A DNA stretch of 64,000 nt from Octopus vulgaris. Its lineage: Eukaryota. Numbering within the stretch: the stretch's first letter is position 1; each line of letters begins with the position of its first letter. The DNA is taken from positions 3,224,001 to 3,288,000 of the forward strand of contig OX597833.1 of assembly GCA_951406725.2 (NCBI GenBank), read 5' to 3'. Shown here one piece after another: positions 1-14,547 of this stretch. The notes beneath the pieces are model-generated. The model saw nothing but the letters and a program-made list of their open reading frames with translations. It had not been told where the DNA came from and did not search any database. The position numbers and the translations under genes were made by a program.

Positions 1-495
1 GTGGAGGAGGAGGATGAGGAGGTGGAACAAGTGGTAAAGGAGTGGATGTTGCCAGAAGGCATCATCGATTGGATGCAAATAAAAGCTAGTAGTTGACTCA
101 CATACACTGCAGCAACATCGATCTGGGATTGTGGCGGCGGCAGTGGTGGTGGTGGTGGTGGTGGTGGTGGTAGTGGTGGTGGTATGAAGAGGCTGGTGAG
201 CAGTTGTACAGATGTGTGTGTGTGTGTGCGTGTAGGTGTTGTATGACTAAGAAGTTGCATGACTAGAAAGATGTATATAGAGTGTGCGTGTGTATGTGTG
301 TGTGTGTGTGTGTGTGTGTAAGCAGAGAGATGTACATAGAGCGTGTGACTAGGATGAAGTGTGTGTATATATGTGTATACACACACACGTATATATATTA
401 TGTATGACTAGCAAGACGGATGAGTGTGTGTATAATGTATGACAAACAAAGATAAGGACGTGTGTATATAATTTGTTGACTGCAGGATTATATGA

Positions 496-560
<65 letters not shown>

Positions 561-1908
561 TGTATGATTAGAGCTATATCTGTTGTGTGGCACAAGAGGT
601 GTGTATATAGAGCCAATGTACACATATAGTCTGTGTGTGTGTATATATATGTGTATATATATATATATATATATACATATATATACATATAATGGTAGTA
701 ATGACTTTGTCCCTCTTAGTGTGAGGCATTTATGTGTAATAATGCCCTCTATACAATATATATACATATATGTATGTATATATATATACATACATGCACA
801 CACACACACACATATGTATGGTAAGAGCATGAGGGAGGGGCCAGTGTATTCGTTGTTGCTATCATCAATGGTAATGGGACTAAAAATAACCCCCACTACA
901 TCAGTTAAGGGAGAAGAAAAAAAAAATAAAGGGACAAACAAAAAAATCCTTTATCTGACTCCCTATTCTCCCCTTTTTCTTCTTACCACACACATTCAAC
1001 AACTTCTCTTTAAACCCCCCCACTTTTTTTCACACTAAATCTTGCATTTTGTGCCCTCCCCCCCCCACACACACACACTGCCACACATTCAAACGCAACC
1101 CCTACTCAGCTCCCTATTTTCAGCTTGTTCTTTTCTCGCTCACTCCACCTCATTCAACATTTATATATACCTACCTACCTACCTATTCATCTATCCCCGT
1201 CTATGAATATATTGACCTAACTATCAATCTACCTACCTGGCTAGCTACCAAGCAATTAATCTACCTAGTAGTCTACCTATCCAGCTATCAACTTCACCTA
1301 CCTACCTACCTATCTATACCTATCTATACCTCTCTCACTTGCTCTTTTCTTTCTATATCATGCAACACGCCCCCTCTTATATCAATCAATCTACCTACCT
1401 CTCAAACCCTCAGTATATACACACACATATACATACATACCTGGCACTTCTTCAATGCCTTTCCCTGTTGTTTTTTTTTCATTATTATATACATAATATA
1501 TACCTCATTAAACCTCCGTTTATCTACTGAACAACCCAACCTCCAATTACAAACATCATCTCTTGGATACACACATTCACCGCACACTCTTCATCCAGCC
1601 AGCCCCGTGTCTTTTTCTTCCTAAGCCAACTCTCTCCGTCTCTCCATCTCTCTTCGCACATACACACCAATGAATCTTACCAGTGTTATCTCTCTACTAG
1701 TTCATGTCCTCAGCTCTCTCTCCATCCTAAAACAACCATTCGTCCTTCCATTCGCAGTAAAAACAAAAACCAACACCTTCTTCACTGTATGTGTATATAT
1801 ATATACATTTGCGCATATGTCTTTCTCTCTTTATCTCTCTTCTTTACTTCCCCTGCTAATTAAGTCTTCTCTTACTAATAATTTATGATTATATTAACAT
1901 ATACGATA

Positions 1909-1944
<36 letters not shown>

Positions 1945-2014
1945 GTAGGTCCCGGGTTGATTCGGGGTTAACCACAGTAAATAAGGTACTCAATACATAG
2001 CAGAGTAAAATTAA

Positions 2015-2109
2015 TTTATTATATAGAAGGAGCTTCTACAGGACTAGAACTGTTTCATTCAAGAGAAATCTTCAGGAAGTCCTGTAGAAGCTCCTTCTAT
2101 ATAATAAAT
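2015..2109. repeat. Inverted repeat (~31-bp arms) between (TA)n tracts
   Basis: tttattatatagaaggagcttctacaggact ... agtcctgtagaagctccttctatataataaa are reverse complements. Confidence 0.9.
2033..2079 (-). ncRNA. Type I hammerhead ribozyme fold (family F), canonical core, inside a fold-back cassette
   Basis: Minus strand reads CTTC-CTGAAGA-TTTC(TCTT)GAAT-GAA-ACAG(TTCTAGTC)CTGT-A-GAAG. This gives stem I CTTC/GAAG, CUGANGA, stem II with one U.U mismatch, GAA, a 4-bp stem III and a GUA cleavage triplet. Confidence 0.65.
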
Positions 2110-2219
2110 ATATATATATATATATATATATTCCTGTGCACACACATACATGTGTTTTGTGCATATACAACACATTACGTAGGCATATACATACCCACAC
2201 ACAAACATACATGTATGTA

Positions 2220-2596
2220 TCATCATCATCATCATCGTTTAACGTCCGCTTTCCATGCTAGCATGGGTTGGACGGTTCAACTGGGGTCTGGGAAGCCCAA
2301 AGGCTGCACCAGGCTTCAATCTTGATCTGGCAGTGTTTCTACAGCCGGATGCCCTTCCTAACGCCAACCACTCCGTGAGTGTAATGGGTGCTTTTTATGT
2401 GCTACGGACACAGGGGCCAGACGAGGCTGGCGAGCGGCCACGCTCGGATGGTGTTTTTTATGTGCCACCGACACAGCTGCCAGACGAGGCTGGTGAACGG
2501 CCACACTCGGATGGTGTTTTTTATGTGCCACGGACACAGGTGCCAGACGAGGCTGGCGAACGGCCACGCTCGGATGGTGTTTTTTACGTGCCACCG
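2220..2596 (-). mobile_element. Retroposon 3' part (SINE-C family, (GAT)n tail) with a 63-bp internal tandem repeat x3
   Basis: Family hallmark ggcgttaggaagggcatcc...catgctagcatgga...gacgttaaacgatgatga on the minus strand. Repeat units start at 2387, 2450, 2513 and 2576. Other copies lie near 21660, 25795, 30900, 43155, 50408, 55150, 55795, 60555 and 61905. Confidence 0.8.
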
Positions 2597-3347
2597 TATG
2601 TATATGCGTATAAATGTACACACACACACACACATTTGTACAGAGGACCGTCAACGATTTATAGATATTGCTCCTTTTCATACTAAATCCCCCACACACA
2701 CCCCTAAACACAGGTGTACACAGGTAAAACTGAGAAGCACAATCAACCATCCACATAACCTAAAGAAAAGTTCCACATTATTCTTCACAGCATACACACA
2801 CACATATATACATACACATAAACCAAAAAATGGTTTAGTTTAGGTAATTATAGTTCACAATTAGAAAAAAATAAATGTTTGTAATCAATCTTTGACTGTT
2901 AAGAGTACATTCCCTGGAAATGTCAGAAGAATGAACCATGACAATCTAGAATTCTTTATCCCAAGACATCACCACCACAGAATGGCCCTTTTCCCATGAT
3001 CTCATGGGTTGGACAGTTTGGCAGGAGCTGGTAAGCTGGAGAAGTTGCACCAGGCTCCAATGTTCTGTCTTGGCATGGTTTCTACAGCTGGATTCCCTTC
3101 CTAATTCCAACCATTCTTCCAAAGCAGCAAATTTCTAGATTTTAGTAAAAATTTTTGATGTGACATACATGGAACGCCTCACCCTATGCATCGGCTTACG
3201 AGGGTTTCAGCTGGATTTTCATTCATCAAGCATTGCTAATGTGTGTGTGTATACATAGCATTTATTTGAAAGATTGTATATAAGCAAGAAACTGAGTAAC
3301 AATGGTGACTTTACATGTTTTGACTACTTTTTCCCCACCTCTTTGTA

Positions 3348-3768
3348 TACCTATTTCTTTGCTACCCACAAGGGGCTAAACATAGAGGAGACAAACAAGG
3401 ACAGACAAACAGATTAAGTCGATTATATCGACCCCAGTGCGTAACTGTTACTTATTTAATCGACCCCAAAAGGATGAAAGGCATGGTCGACCTCGGCAGA
3501 ATTTGAACTCAGAACGTAACAGCAGACGAAATACCTATTTCTTTGCTACCCACAAGGGGCTAAACATAGAGGAGACAAACAAGGACAGACAAATGGATTA
3601 AGTCGATTATATCGACCCCAGTGCGTTAACTGGTACTTATTTAATCGACCCCGAAAGGATGAAAGGCAAAGTCGACCTCGGCGGAATTTGAACTCAGAAC
3701 GTAACGGCAGACGAAATACTCCTAAGCATCTCGCCTGGCGTGCTAACGATTCTGCCAGCTCGACGCCT
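3348..3768 (-). mobile_element. tRNA-derived SINE (SINE-A family) with tandemly duplicated 3' half
   Basis: Head ggcgtcgagctggcagaatcgttagcacgcc, B-box-like gagttcaaattcc, conserved gcctttcatcctttcggggtcgat body. The 3' ~185 bp is present twice. Confidence 0.85.
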
Positions 3769-3892
3769 TTATACCTCTTTGTAAAGCATACACACACACA
3801 AACACACACAGTTCAAAATTGTACAAAAAAAGGCAGGACAGAGGGAACAACAGACAAGATGTATTAGTTTGACGCTGAGGAGGTATGGGAGA

Positions 3893-3940
3893 GTTTTTGA
3901 CGTTTCGAACCTATGCTCTTCTACACAAAGGAATGAGGCG
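3893..3940 (-). ncRNA. Degenerate hammerhead copy (family B)
   Basis: Minus strand ctttGTGTAGA-A-GAGC(ATAG)GTTC-GAA-ACGT-C-aaaaac is homologous to 51631-51669, but the core is mutated. Confidence 0.35.
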
Positions 3941-4112
3941 AGAAAACATCCCCTTTTCCATGCTTGGCTCCAGAGTTTATTGAGGCAGATTTTCTATGGC
4001 CACATGCCCTTTCACTTGTGTAAACACCTTGTGTTTACACAAATAAAAATAGAGAACTCAATACTAGTGCAGAACAAAATATGTTCATGTTTAGATGAAG
4101 ATTACTCATCTG

Positions 4113-4144
<32 letters not shown>

Positions 4145-4489
4145 TATAATAATAACAATAATAATAATAATCTTGTGGAGGGGGGCAGGTGGGTGGGGTG
4201 TGGCAAAAAACACAGACTTATTTGATGTGTGTGCCAACATTACATATATATATATTCACACATATGGATGAACGATGTTTACACAGTGTATGTATTTGTG
4301 TAAATTATGTATGTGTGCACACATGTGTGAATGTATGTGCAGATATGTGTGTGTGTGTGTGTGTGTATCACACACCTGTCTCCCATTAAAATCATCTAAC
4401 ACGCTCAAACACACATAATTACATCACACACTGTTTAGCATCTTTTCCAAAGAGAATGGGCAAGAGGAAGTGCTGCTACTGCAACAGAG

Positions 4490-4520
4490 GCAGTAGTAGT
4501 AGTAGTAGTAGTAGCAATAA

Positions 4521-4580
<60 letters not shown>

Positions 4581-4830
4581 CAGCAGAAGTAATAGTAGTA
4601 GTAGCAATAGTAGTAGTAGTAGTAGTAGTAGTAACAGCAATAGTAGTAGCAATAATAGTAGTAGTAGTAGCAATAGTTGTAGCAATAGTAGTAGTAGTAG
4701 TAATAGTAGTAGTAGTAGTAACAGCAATAGTAGTAGCAATAGTAGTAGTGGTAGCAATAGTGGTAGCAATAGTAGTAGTAGTAGTAGTAGTAGTAATATT
4801 AGTAGTAGTAGTAGTAGTAGTAGTAGTAGC
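4490..4830. repeat. (TAG)n/(CAG/CAA) compound triplet repeat
   Basis: Long agt tract; source of the poly-S and poly-L ORFs in the track. Confidence 0.95.
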
Positions 4831-5364
4831 ATGGCCGACAACTGGGATAATATGATGAACGGTTGAAGAAAGGAGATATTAAAATTAGGATGTGTAGATC
4901 TGGAAAGACAGGTTGTCGGGGGGGGGGGGGAGGAAGAGGAGAGAGAAGAGACGGGGGGGAGAGATAGGAGAAAGAGAAGGACAAACAAAATAGGGAAATG
5001 GAGAAATAAAATTGCATATCTAATAAGGAGGAGGAGAAGAAAAAAAAACAGAAGAGGATTAGAAGAAAAAGAAAGGAAGAGGAAATGAAAGCAGACACCA
5101 AAGGACAGCTTTTTCAGGTCTTCAAATAATTAATTCCGAGCACGTGCCCATTCTGTTAAGGCTGCTGGCTGTAATGATGATGACGGTAATTAAAAGTAGA
5201 AATACATACAATACATACGTACGTACATTCGTACATGTGTGCGTGCGTGCATGTATGTACATAAAATACACACACATACACACATTCATTGATATACATA
5301 CATACATATGCAAATTATGTATGCATATAGAAACAATACATACATATAAACCCACTTCTCTTTG

Positions 5365-5978
<614 letters not shown>

Positions 5979-6296
5979 ATCCGGCTGGCAGTGAATGAGT
6001 CCAGCCCACCTACCAGCCCAGCTTTTTTTTGCCAAGCCAGCCAGCCAGCCAGCCTTGCCTTTGCCTAGGCAACAAGTTGGCTTGGCTTCAGCCGCAAGGT
6101 GAGATAAAAAGGTAGGTTCTAAGGCTGGCTTAAAGCGTCGTTTCAAACGAACAAACACCTCTGATAAGCTACCAGGTAATAATGTAGCAGCCAAAGAGAA
6201 ACTAGAGTGTTTAGAACGTTCTAGAAAGACTGCAACGGTTGGGGGTGTAAGAGGGTGTGTAGGAGACGGAGGTGGATACACATGTAGATAGATGGG

Positions 6297-6386
<90 letters not shown>

Positions 6387-6595
6387 CATGGGATGAAGGT
6401 AAAGGAATATACACGAAAGCTAATTAGAAACAAAACGCACGAAAAATGTGTCAGTATTCAGATATGGGCGTAGACACACACAAACACACACACAAAGTAC
6501 GTAAATGCAAAACAAGGTGGAAAGGAAATAGTACTCGAATACCAAAGGCAGAGTAACATGCTTTTATTAAATTAACTGCAAAAATTTTCACGAAA

Positions 6596-6631
6596 TTGTT
6601 ACTCAGTTTCACGTTCCCATTCGTCGGACAG
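6596..6631 (-). ncRNA. Minimal hammerhead fold (family A, CCGACGA core) within a fold-back cassette (~6560-6695)
   Basis: Minus strand CTGT-CCGACGA-ATG(GGAA)CGT-GAA-ACTGAGT-A-ACAA. Confidence 0.5.
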
Positions 6632-6694
6632 TCGTGAGTTGGAATATGAAACTGAGCAACGGTTTTGTGAAAATTTCGCAGCTTTAATAAAAGC

Positions 6695-6755
<61 letters not shown>

Positions 6756-6807
6756 CGGAAAATAAAACCTCATAGGTAAATTTTATAAATATTTTATAGT
6801 CATGTAC

Positions 6808-7000
6808 ATAATTATAACAAGGGCTTGGCCTGTGCCTCACCACGCACTGAAAAAGAGACGTCAAAAGACACTATTACCACCATAAATTCTCCGAGAAAAA
6901 CACACTACATATCTCAGAGAATTTATAGTGCTAATGGTGTATTTTGACGTCTATTTTTCAGTGTGGTAAGGTATAAGCCAAGCCCTTGTTATAATTATAT
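6808..7000. repeat. Imperfect inverted repeat (~85-90-bp arms)
   Basis: ataattataacaagggcttggc...ataaattctc versus gagaatttatag...gccaagcccttgttataattat. Confidence 0.85.
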
Positions 7001-7127
7001 ATATATAATTATGTATTATATATACGGGTGAGTGGACAAATGAAAGAAAGAGGCATTCAACAAAAGTGCAAAGGGGCCGGATCAAACTGTTTTAAATAAC
7101 ACACACACACATTATTATATTATAACG

Positions 7128-7412
7128 TGAAGGTGCATGGCTCAGTGGTTAGCTTACAATCGTGAGGTTGTAAGTTCGATTCGTGGACCGGGCTGCGTGT
7201 TGTGTTCTTGAGCAAGACACTTTATTTCACGTTGCTTCAGTTAACTCAGCTGTAGAAATGAGTTGATGCCAAGATGTATCGGCCCCTTTGCCTTGGATAA
7301 CATCAGTGATGTGGAGAGGAGGCCTTTCACAAACAACCTTGTCTGGACTTGTGCCTTGGAGGGTAACTTTCTAGGTGCAATCCCATGGTCATTCATGACC
7401 AAGGTGGAGGTC
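7128..7412 (+). mobile_element. tRNA-derived SINE (SINE-D family)
   Basis: A-box-like tggctcagtggtt, B-box-like gttcgattc, and ttgagcaagacactt body. A second copy lies on the minus strand at ~45130-45450. Confidence 0.75.
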
Positions 7413-8494
7413 TTCCTATATTATATCACACAAATCCACATACGACAGTACTCCATCCATTTTAAGGCAGCAGAATTGCAGAATGGTTAAGGGGTCCGAC
7501 ACAGTTCCTTTCTATTCAGATAGGTTCCGAATTCCAGTTCAAATCCGGTCGGAGCCAACAGTTTTGCTTTTCATTCTTCTGCAGGCAAGGAATGGGCAAA
7601 TTCGATTCCTTAAAGTACACGTCAAGCAATGGCATCAACTGACCGAGCGGGTAAGAATTTCGTTCCACAACCAAGAGGTCCCGAGTTCAATCCTAGAGCA
7701 TGGTATCTCGGGCATGTGTCCATAACTTCGGATCGACCCAAGCCTTGGAAGAGAAACTGAGCAGGTGGAAACTGTTCGGAAGCCCGCTCGGGTGGGATGG
7801 GGGGTTTATACCTGTAATTGAAAAGCACATCCACGTTACTGTTGTTACACTGATTCTGATTGCGTTAAGGATACATGTGACTGCTGAACCGCTCAGTTAA
7901 GGGGACGTAAACACACCAACATCGGTTGTCAAGCGGTGGTGAGAGAACAAAGACAGACAGACAGGCATATATATAGACAGATAGCAGGCTTCTTTCAGTT
8001 TCCATCAATTAAATTGACTCACACGGCTTTTGTCAACCCGAGACTAAAGAAGACGTTTGCCCAAGATGCCATGCAGTGGGACTGAACCCAGAACCATGTG
8101 GTTGGAAAGCAAACTTCTTACAATACAGCCACGCCTCATGACAAAGTTTTTTTTTAATTCTTCGCTATTTTCGAAATTTATAGGAACAAAGGCAGTTACA
8201 CGTACCCGAAACTACATCATCCAACGTATTTTTTTAATGCATAGAAGTATATACTACGTTCGCCTGCTATTTCTAGCAAGCAAAGCGAATGCGTAATTGC
8301 TTTTCACGCGGGCAAAGATTCAACGATGACAGCGATGAGGGTTGATTAATTTTACAATGATGTCCAACGACTGTTGGAACTGAAATTAGCATAATGGTTG
8401 TGTGTACATGCAGAAAGGAATAGAGTGCATCCACCACGCCGGTGGATAGTCTTAATAATGTCACAAAACTTTAGTAGTATATTATTAAACGTTT

Positions 8495-8920
8495 CTTATT
8501 TCTTTACTACATACAAGGGGCTAAACACAGAGGGGACAAACAAGGACAGACAAACGGATTAAGTCGAGTATATCGACCCCAGTGCGTAACTGGTACTAAA
8601 TTTATCGAGCCCGAAAGGATGAAAGGCAAAGTCGACCTCGGCGGAATTTGAACTCAGAACGTAGCGGCAGACGAAATACCTATTTCTTTACTACCCACAA
8701 GGGGCTAAACACAGAGGAGACAAACAAGGACAGACAAACGGATTAAGTCGATTACATCGACCCCAGTGCGTAACTGATACTTATTTAATCGACCCCGAAA
8801 GGATGAAAGGCGAAGTCGACCTCGGCGGAATTTGAACTCAGAACGTAAGAACGTAGCGGCAGACGAAATACCGCTAAGCATTTCGCCCGGCGTGCTAACG
8901 ATTCTGCCAGCTCGCCGCCT
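8495..8920 (-). mobile_element. SINE-A copy with duplicated 3' half
   Basis: Near-identical to 3348-3768; head ggcggcgagctggcagaatcg ends at ~8919. Confidence 0.85.
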
Positions 8921-9784
8921 TATCACTGCAGTGGTTCGAGATACGTGCAATGCCTGTCCGAAACACGAGCAGGACGATGAATTTCGGTACCCTAGCATTG
9001 TTGAATTGTACCTTGCCGGGTTTTGTGAAATGGACTTTTAGAGTTTTGTTAAACAACAGATGTCGCGCGAAGGACGGATCCGACGATCGGCCCAGTCCAC
9101 CGCAGAGATCGTTCCGCCGTATTCTTTTAGCCAGGAAAAGGGCAGGCAGTTTTCTTTTAGTTTTGGTGGGGGGGGGGCAAGGGACAAACAGATGTGATGG
9201 GCGTGGCTGAGAACTCTAAAGATAAAACCTAACCGGGTGATGGATATCATTACATCACCCGCTTTATCATCCACTACCTGACATCACCCGTGGGTACCTT
9301 AAAGAAATTTCAACTTTGTTGTAAATATTTGACCAAGATCTCCAGACTGAAGATATCTTCATCTCTCCCTCTGACCACTTGCAAAGGTCCCAAGAAAACT
9401 CAAAGACACTGCCTTCCCGTCTTCGGCCAAATCCTCATCAACTTTTGAAAGTTCCAGTTAAAGAAGGTGTTGAGAATGAAATAAAGCTAAATATATCGAG
9501 AGGCTGTTGATATTGTCATGAACATGCCTCAAGGGCCCTGCTCTCAGAGAGCCCAGGCAAACTGGGAAACAGAGCTAGGAGAGGATAATCTTAAACCTGA
9601 AGTGTCCCATGACTGGTCCGAATTGGGGGATGCCTCTTGAATTTTTATCCGGTCTCTATGTAACCCGGCTACAATAAGTCCTTGTAGTATCTCGTATGTG
9701 GCACCGTTAAAGAGTCGGAAATCGTGTGCGTGTGTGTGTGTGCCTTCTGAGGCATTAGTAAAGAAAATGTCACTATAACAAATA

Positions 9785-9828
<44 letters not shown>

Positions 9829-10360
9829 GCAGTATTCGTTCAGGTTCTTTAAGGTCTGTGTTCAAATCCTTTCGGAGTCGATAAAATAAAGTACCAGCAC
9901 CAGCCAAGAACTGGAATCCATGGTACCAACTAAACCCCTCCCCTCAAATCTAAATGTGACGGGAGTGTAATATTGTGTGTATACATACATGCATATACAC
10001 ACATATAGACATAGATACACATACATACATATATATATATACATATATACGTACATACATACATACATACATACATATATACATACATATATACATACAT
10101 ACATAAATATATACATACATACATAAATATATACATACATACATAAATATATACATACTTATATACATACATATATACATACTTATATACATACATATAC
10201 ATACATACATATATATATACATACATACATATATATACATGCAACATACATACATATATACATACACATACATATATATATACATACACATACATATATA
10301 TATACATACATACACATACATATATATATACATACATATATATACATACAACATACATAC

Positions 10361-10391
<31 letters not shown>

Positions 10392-10955
10392 CATATACAT
10401 ACATATATATACACATACATATATATATACATACATACATATATATACATACATACATACATGTATATACATACATATATACATACATACATACATACAT
10501 ACATACACACATCCGTACACATTCATACATACACACAGGTAATTTTCATAATTCATGACTAGCAAGATCGGTTGCAGTGAATGAAATTGTAGTAGCAGCA
10601 ACGTCAGGGGTGGGAGTGGTGGTGGTGCTATTTAGGTTAGGGATGTAACGTAATAGTAGTACTACTAGTAGTAGTAGTAGTAGAATGGGGTGGGGGGAAT
10701 TTTTGACGTAGAATTGAGAGACAGGTTAAATAGACGTTGTGCAACGGTAGTAGTAGTAGTAGTAGTAGTTGTTGTAATTGGTTGTGGTTTGACAGGAATA
10801 ATAGTAGTAGTGGTGGTGATGGTCGTTGTGTGGACTGGTGTGACAGCAGTCGAGGTGCAACCGTAGTAGTAGCAACCACCGCAGTACCATTTATAATCCA
10901 ATACCATCACATTCTTAGAAGTATCAAGATAAGGATTTTTAAAAAAGTAATATTC

Positions 10956-10997
<42 letters not shown>

Positions 10998-11378
10998 TCT
11001 TCTACTTGTTTCAGTCATTTGACTGCGGCCATGCTGGAGTACCGCCTTTAGTCGAGCAAATCGACCCCGGGACTTATTCTTTTGTAAGCCCAGTACTTAT
11101 TCTATCGGTCTCTTTTGCCGAACCGCTAAGTGACGGGGACGTAAACACACCAGCATCGGTTGTCAAGCAATGCTAGGGGGACAAACACAGACACACAAAC
11201 ACACACATACATATATATATATATGCGACAGGCTTCGTTCAGTTTCCGTCTACCAAATCCACTCACAAGGCACTGGTTGGCCCGAGGCTATAGTAGAAGA
11301 CACTTGCCCAAGATGCCACGCAGTGGGACTGAACCCTGAACCATGTGGTTGGTTAGCAAGCTACTTACCACACAGCCA

Positions 11379-11380
<2 letters not shown>
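10998..11380 (-). mobile_element. tRNA-derived SINE (SINE-B family, CORE-like gtggcaccttgggcaagtgtctt segment)
   Basis: Head tggctgtgtggtaagtagc...gggttcagtcccac; tail gcagtcaaatgactgaaacaagta. The same family occurs at ~7885-8135, 11625-11945, 12870-13040, 39572-39958, 45814-46228, 52650-53230 and 58513-58915. Confidence 0.85.
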
Positions 11381-11423
<43 letters not shown>

Positions 11424-12201
11424 CTTTACTGCCCACAAGGGGCTAAACACAGAGGGGACAAACAAGGACAGACAAAGGGATTAAGTCGATTACATCGACC
11501 CCCAGTGCGAAACTGGTACTTTATTTATCGACCCCAAAAGGATGAAAGGCAAAGTCGACCTCGGCGGAATTTGAACTCAGAACGTATATATATACTGTGT
11601 GTGTATGTTTTCCATTTCGCTTTATCTTTTACTGGTTTCAGTCATTAGACTGCGGCCATACTGGGGCACTGATTTGAAGAATTTAGTCGAACTAATCGAC
11701 TCCAGTCCATTTTTTTTTTTAAGCTTGTACTTATATCGGTCATTTTTGCTGAACCGCTACATTACGAGGACATAAACAACAACAACACCGGTAGGAGACA
11801 AACACACACACACACACGACAGGCTTCTTTCAGTTTCCATCTACCAAACTGGCCCGTGACCATAATTGAAGACACTTGCGCAAGGTGGCATTGAACTCGG
11901 AACCATGTGATTGGAAAGCAACTTCTTACCACACAGCCACACCTTTGTGTGTGTGTGTGTAACATCAGAGGTTGTTACATTGTGCCTGTGCATATACTCG
12001 TCTGTGGCTTAGTCTACCAGTCTCCAAGAAAATTCGTTGTTAATTAGTGTTAATTAAGCTCTGTGGATTCCATTACTGTTTTGTTTCATACAAGATATTT
12101 CAACCAGCGACATTTTCTACCTACGTGGACATTTCACCGTCTCCAAAGTACATAGACAGGTAGCTACACACCCATACATCAAATATACATACTGTATGAA
12201 T

Positions 12202-12620
12202 CAGGGGTTCCCAACCATTTTTTATCTATGGGCCCCTTAGATTTCTATTATACTCAAATAGACCCTCCATACCCTTTAATTTAAAAATTCCCTTAAATAT
12301 CAAAAAATAAAAGGTTAAAACATTTTGTGTATCAAAAGTACAACCAATATATTTAACAGCTAAATCTTATATGAACCTCCAAGAGGTATGTGGAGCCTGG
12401 TTCCGAACCTCTAGTACTTTGGTTCCCAACCCTTTTATTTAAATGAGTTTTCCCACAGGCCCCTTTTAATATGCTTACCATTACGTGTATGCATGTGTGT
12501 TTGTATGTGTATGTATATATATATATATATTACACATATACTCATGAAATTTTGAATTTAGTTCATGGACCCCTTTTGCGGACCACCAGGGGTCTGCAGA
12601 CCACGGGTTGAGAACCACTA
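12202..12620. mobile_element. Two adjacent hAT(Charlie)-like MITE remnants
   Basis: Termini caggggttcccaacc...ggttccgaacctctag and ggttcccaacc...ggttgagaaccacta resemble hAT CAGTGGTTCTCAAC TIRs. A related copy lies at ~24015-24272. Confidence 0.5.
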
Positions 12621-13406
12621 TTCTAGTATGAATCAAATGCATACTCCTTATAGAACAGACAGGTCATAAAGATTTCTTTTAAAAAAAAAAACAACTCAAA
12701 AATGAGTCATACCACACTGTAAACTACTACTAATAATAATAACAATAATAATAATTCTTCCTATAGACACAAGGCCTTACATTTTACAGGTAGGTGTGCT
12801 TGTCTTACAGGAACCCCAGTACTCAACAGGTACTTATTTTATTAACTCCCAATTGTGTGCTAAGAACAGATGCAGTCATGGATGTGTGGTTAAGAAGTTT
12901 TTCTCCCAATCATGTGGTTTCAGGTTCAGTCCCACTGTGTGGCACCTTGTGCAAGTGTCTTTTACTATGTATATAGTCCTGGGTCAACCAAAGCTTTTAT
13001 ATGTGGATTTTGTAGATGGAAACTGAAAGAAACCTATCATACATTTATGTATGTGTGTGTTTGTTTACATTTTTGCCTCACCAAAAATAACCAAGCTGCT
13101 GGCTGTGATGTCGATTGGATGTTAGCTTAGCATCTTCAAAGGCAAGTGGAATAAGATATTAAGATATGCCTTACTTGAGAAATAGGTGTTCATTGACAGA
13201 AAGGGCACCCAGGGGTAAAAACATTGCCTTAAATTATGTATTTGTCTAACCCATGCTACAAAATGTAAACCTGAGAACAAGCTACAAATAGTCCATGTGA
13301 TTTATAAATTTTATTGTGAAAGTGAAAGTTGTAAACTTCATGACTGCTACTGTTACAATGATTGTGCAACACATTGTCAGAGTTGCACCATAGAGCAACT
13401 GCAATA

Positions 13407-13594
13407 CAATAATCCCTCGACTATTGCAGGTCTAAATCTGAAGTAGAGACAGTGATGTACTGTATATTTTTTCTATTTTTATAATTTGTTTATATTTATT
13501 TTATTATAGATGCAAAACAACACCACAGAGGAGTCAATGAAAGCTTAGATAATAAACCGTGATTGGTGAACTGCGACATAGCAAGGGATTACTG
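13407..13594. mobile_element. Tc1/mariner (Tigger/pogo-like) MITE
   Basis: TA|caataatccctcg ... caagggattactg|TA: imperfect TIRs with a TA target-site duplication. Confidence 0.6.
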
Positions 13595-14053
13595 TACACT
13601 ATACTATACAATTAACTAATGTAAATTAGACACAAAAAAATCTATATAAAATATCAGACAAATTAGTTGATTGATAAGGAAAATACTTTTAAACACATCA
13701 CAATGCTACAATAAACATACACACACATCACAAACAAAATAAATATGACTAATGACTTAAGAGTGAATATGACTTATGATGAATGATGATGAATTGCAGG
13801 ATCAAATCTCAAAATTGGAAACAACTGAGTGCATAAACATTGGCCTGGTGATGAGGCAGTTATGCATTGCCAAGTAGCAGTTTATATCCTGAAGATGAGC
13901 CTGTGAAAGTCTAGAGAGGTTGATGATTGCAATAGATTTAGGGATTTTATTACTTTGGATAAAGAAAAACCCGTGTTGAGAATGTTAAAGCTACAACGTA
14001 GTTGAGAACTCAATACATTTAAAATCATGTATGTATATCTATACAAACACGCA

Positions 14054-14100
<47 letters not shown>

Positions 14101-14226
14101 GCACATACACATTCATATAAAAGTTATATATGTAAACATATACATATATATAGACACACACACACTTATATACATACACACATGTACACATTGATAAATT
14201 TCTATACACATACGTATATCCACATA

Positions 14227-14257
<31 letters not shown>

Positions 14258-14547
14258 GTGATGAAGCAAGCAACTTGAAACTAAACATAAGGTTGGCCCA
14301 AGTGCCCTGTAAGATAATTTAGGGATAAAGAAACTGTTGAACCACAGTTGGAACGATTCCAGTGCTGATGGCTTTCCCTTGTCACAGCATAAAACTGATT
14401 CTGCCTAAAGATTACAATATGGATACCAGAATCTGCTGCATATAAACACAATAATCCATCATGTATATAGTTTCATAGATCAAACGATTTTTCACACTCT
14501 TATGTCGAAATCTACAAGGAAATCTGTACATAAATGTGTTTTCTAAG

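Noticed and set aside
1-200. Minus-strand proline-rich open frame with a gtgagt donor near 95-100
   Set aside because: It is mostly (GGT)n-derived, with no start, acceptor or homology support.
6060-6073. RFX X-box-like TTTGCCTAGGCAAC
   Set aside because: It mismatches the consensus and no gene start can be linked to it.
13780-14010. Acidic coding-like fragments on the plus strand
   Set aside because: Multiple stops and no identifiable family.
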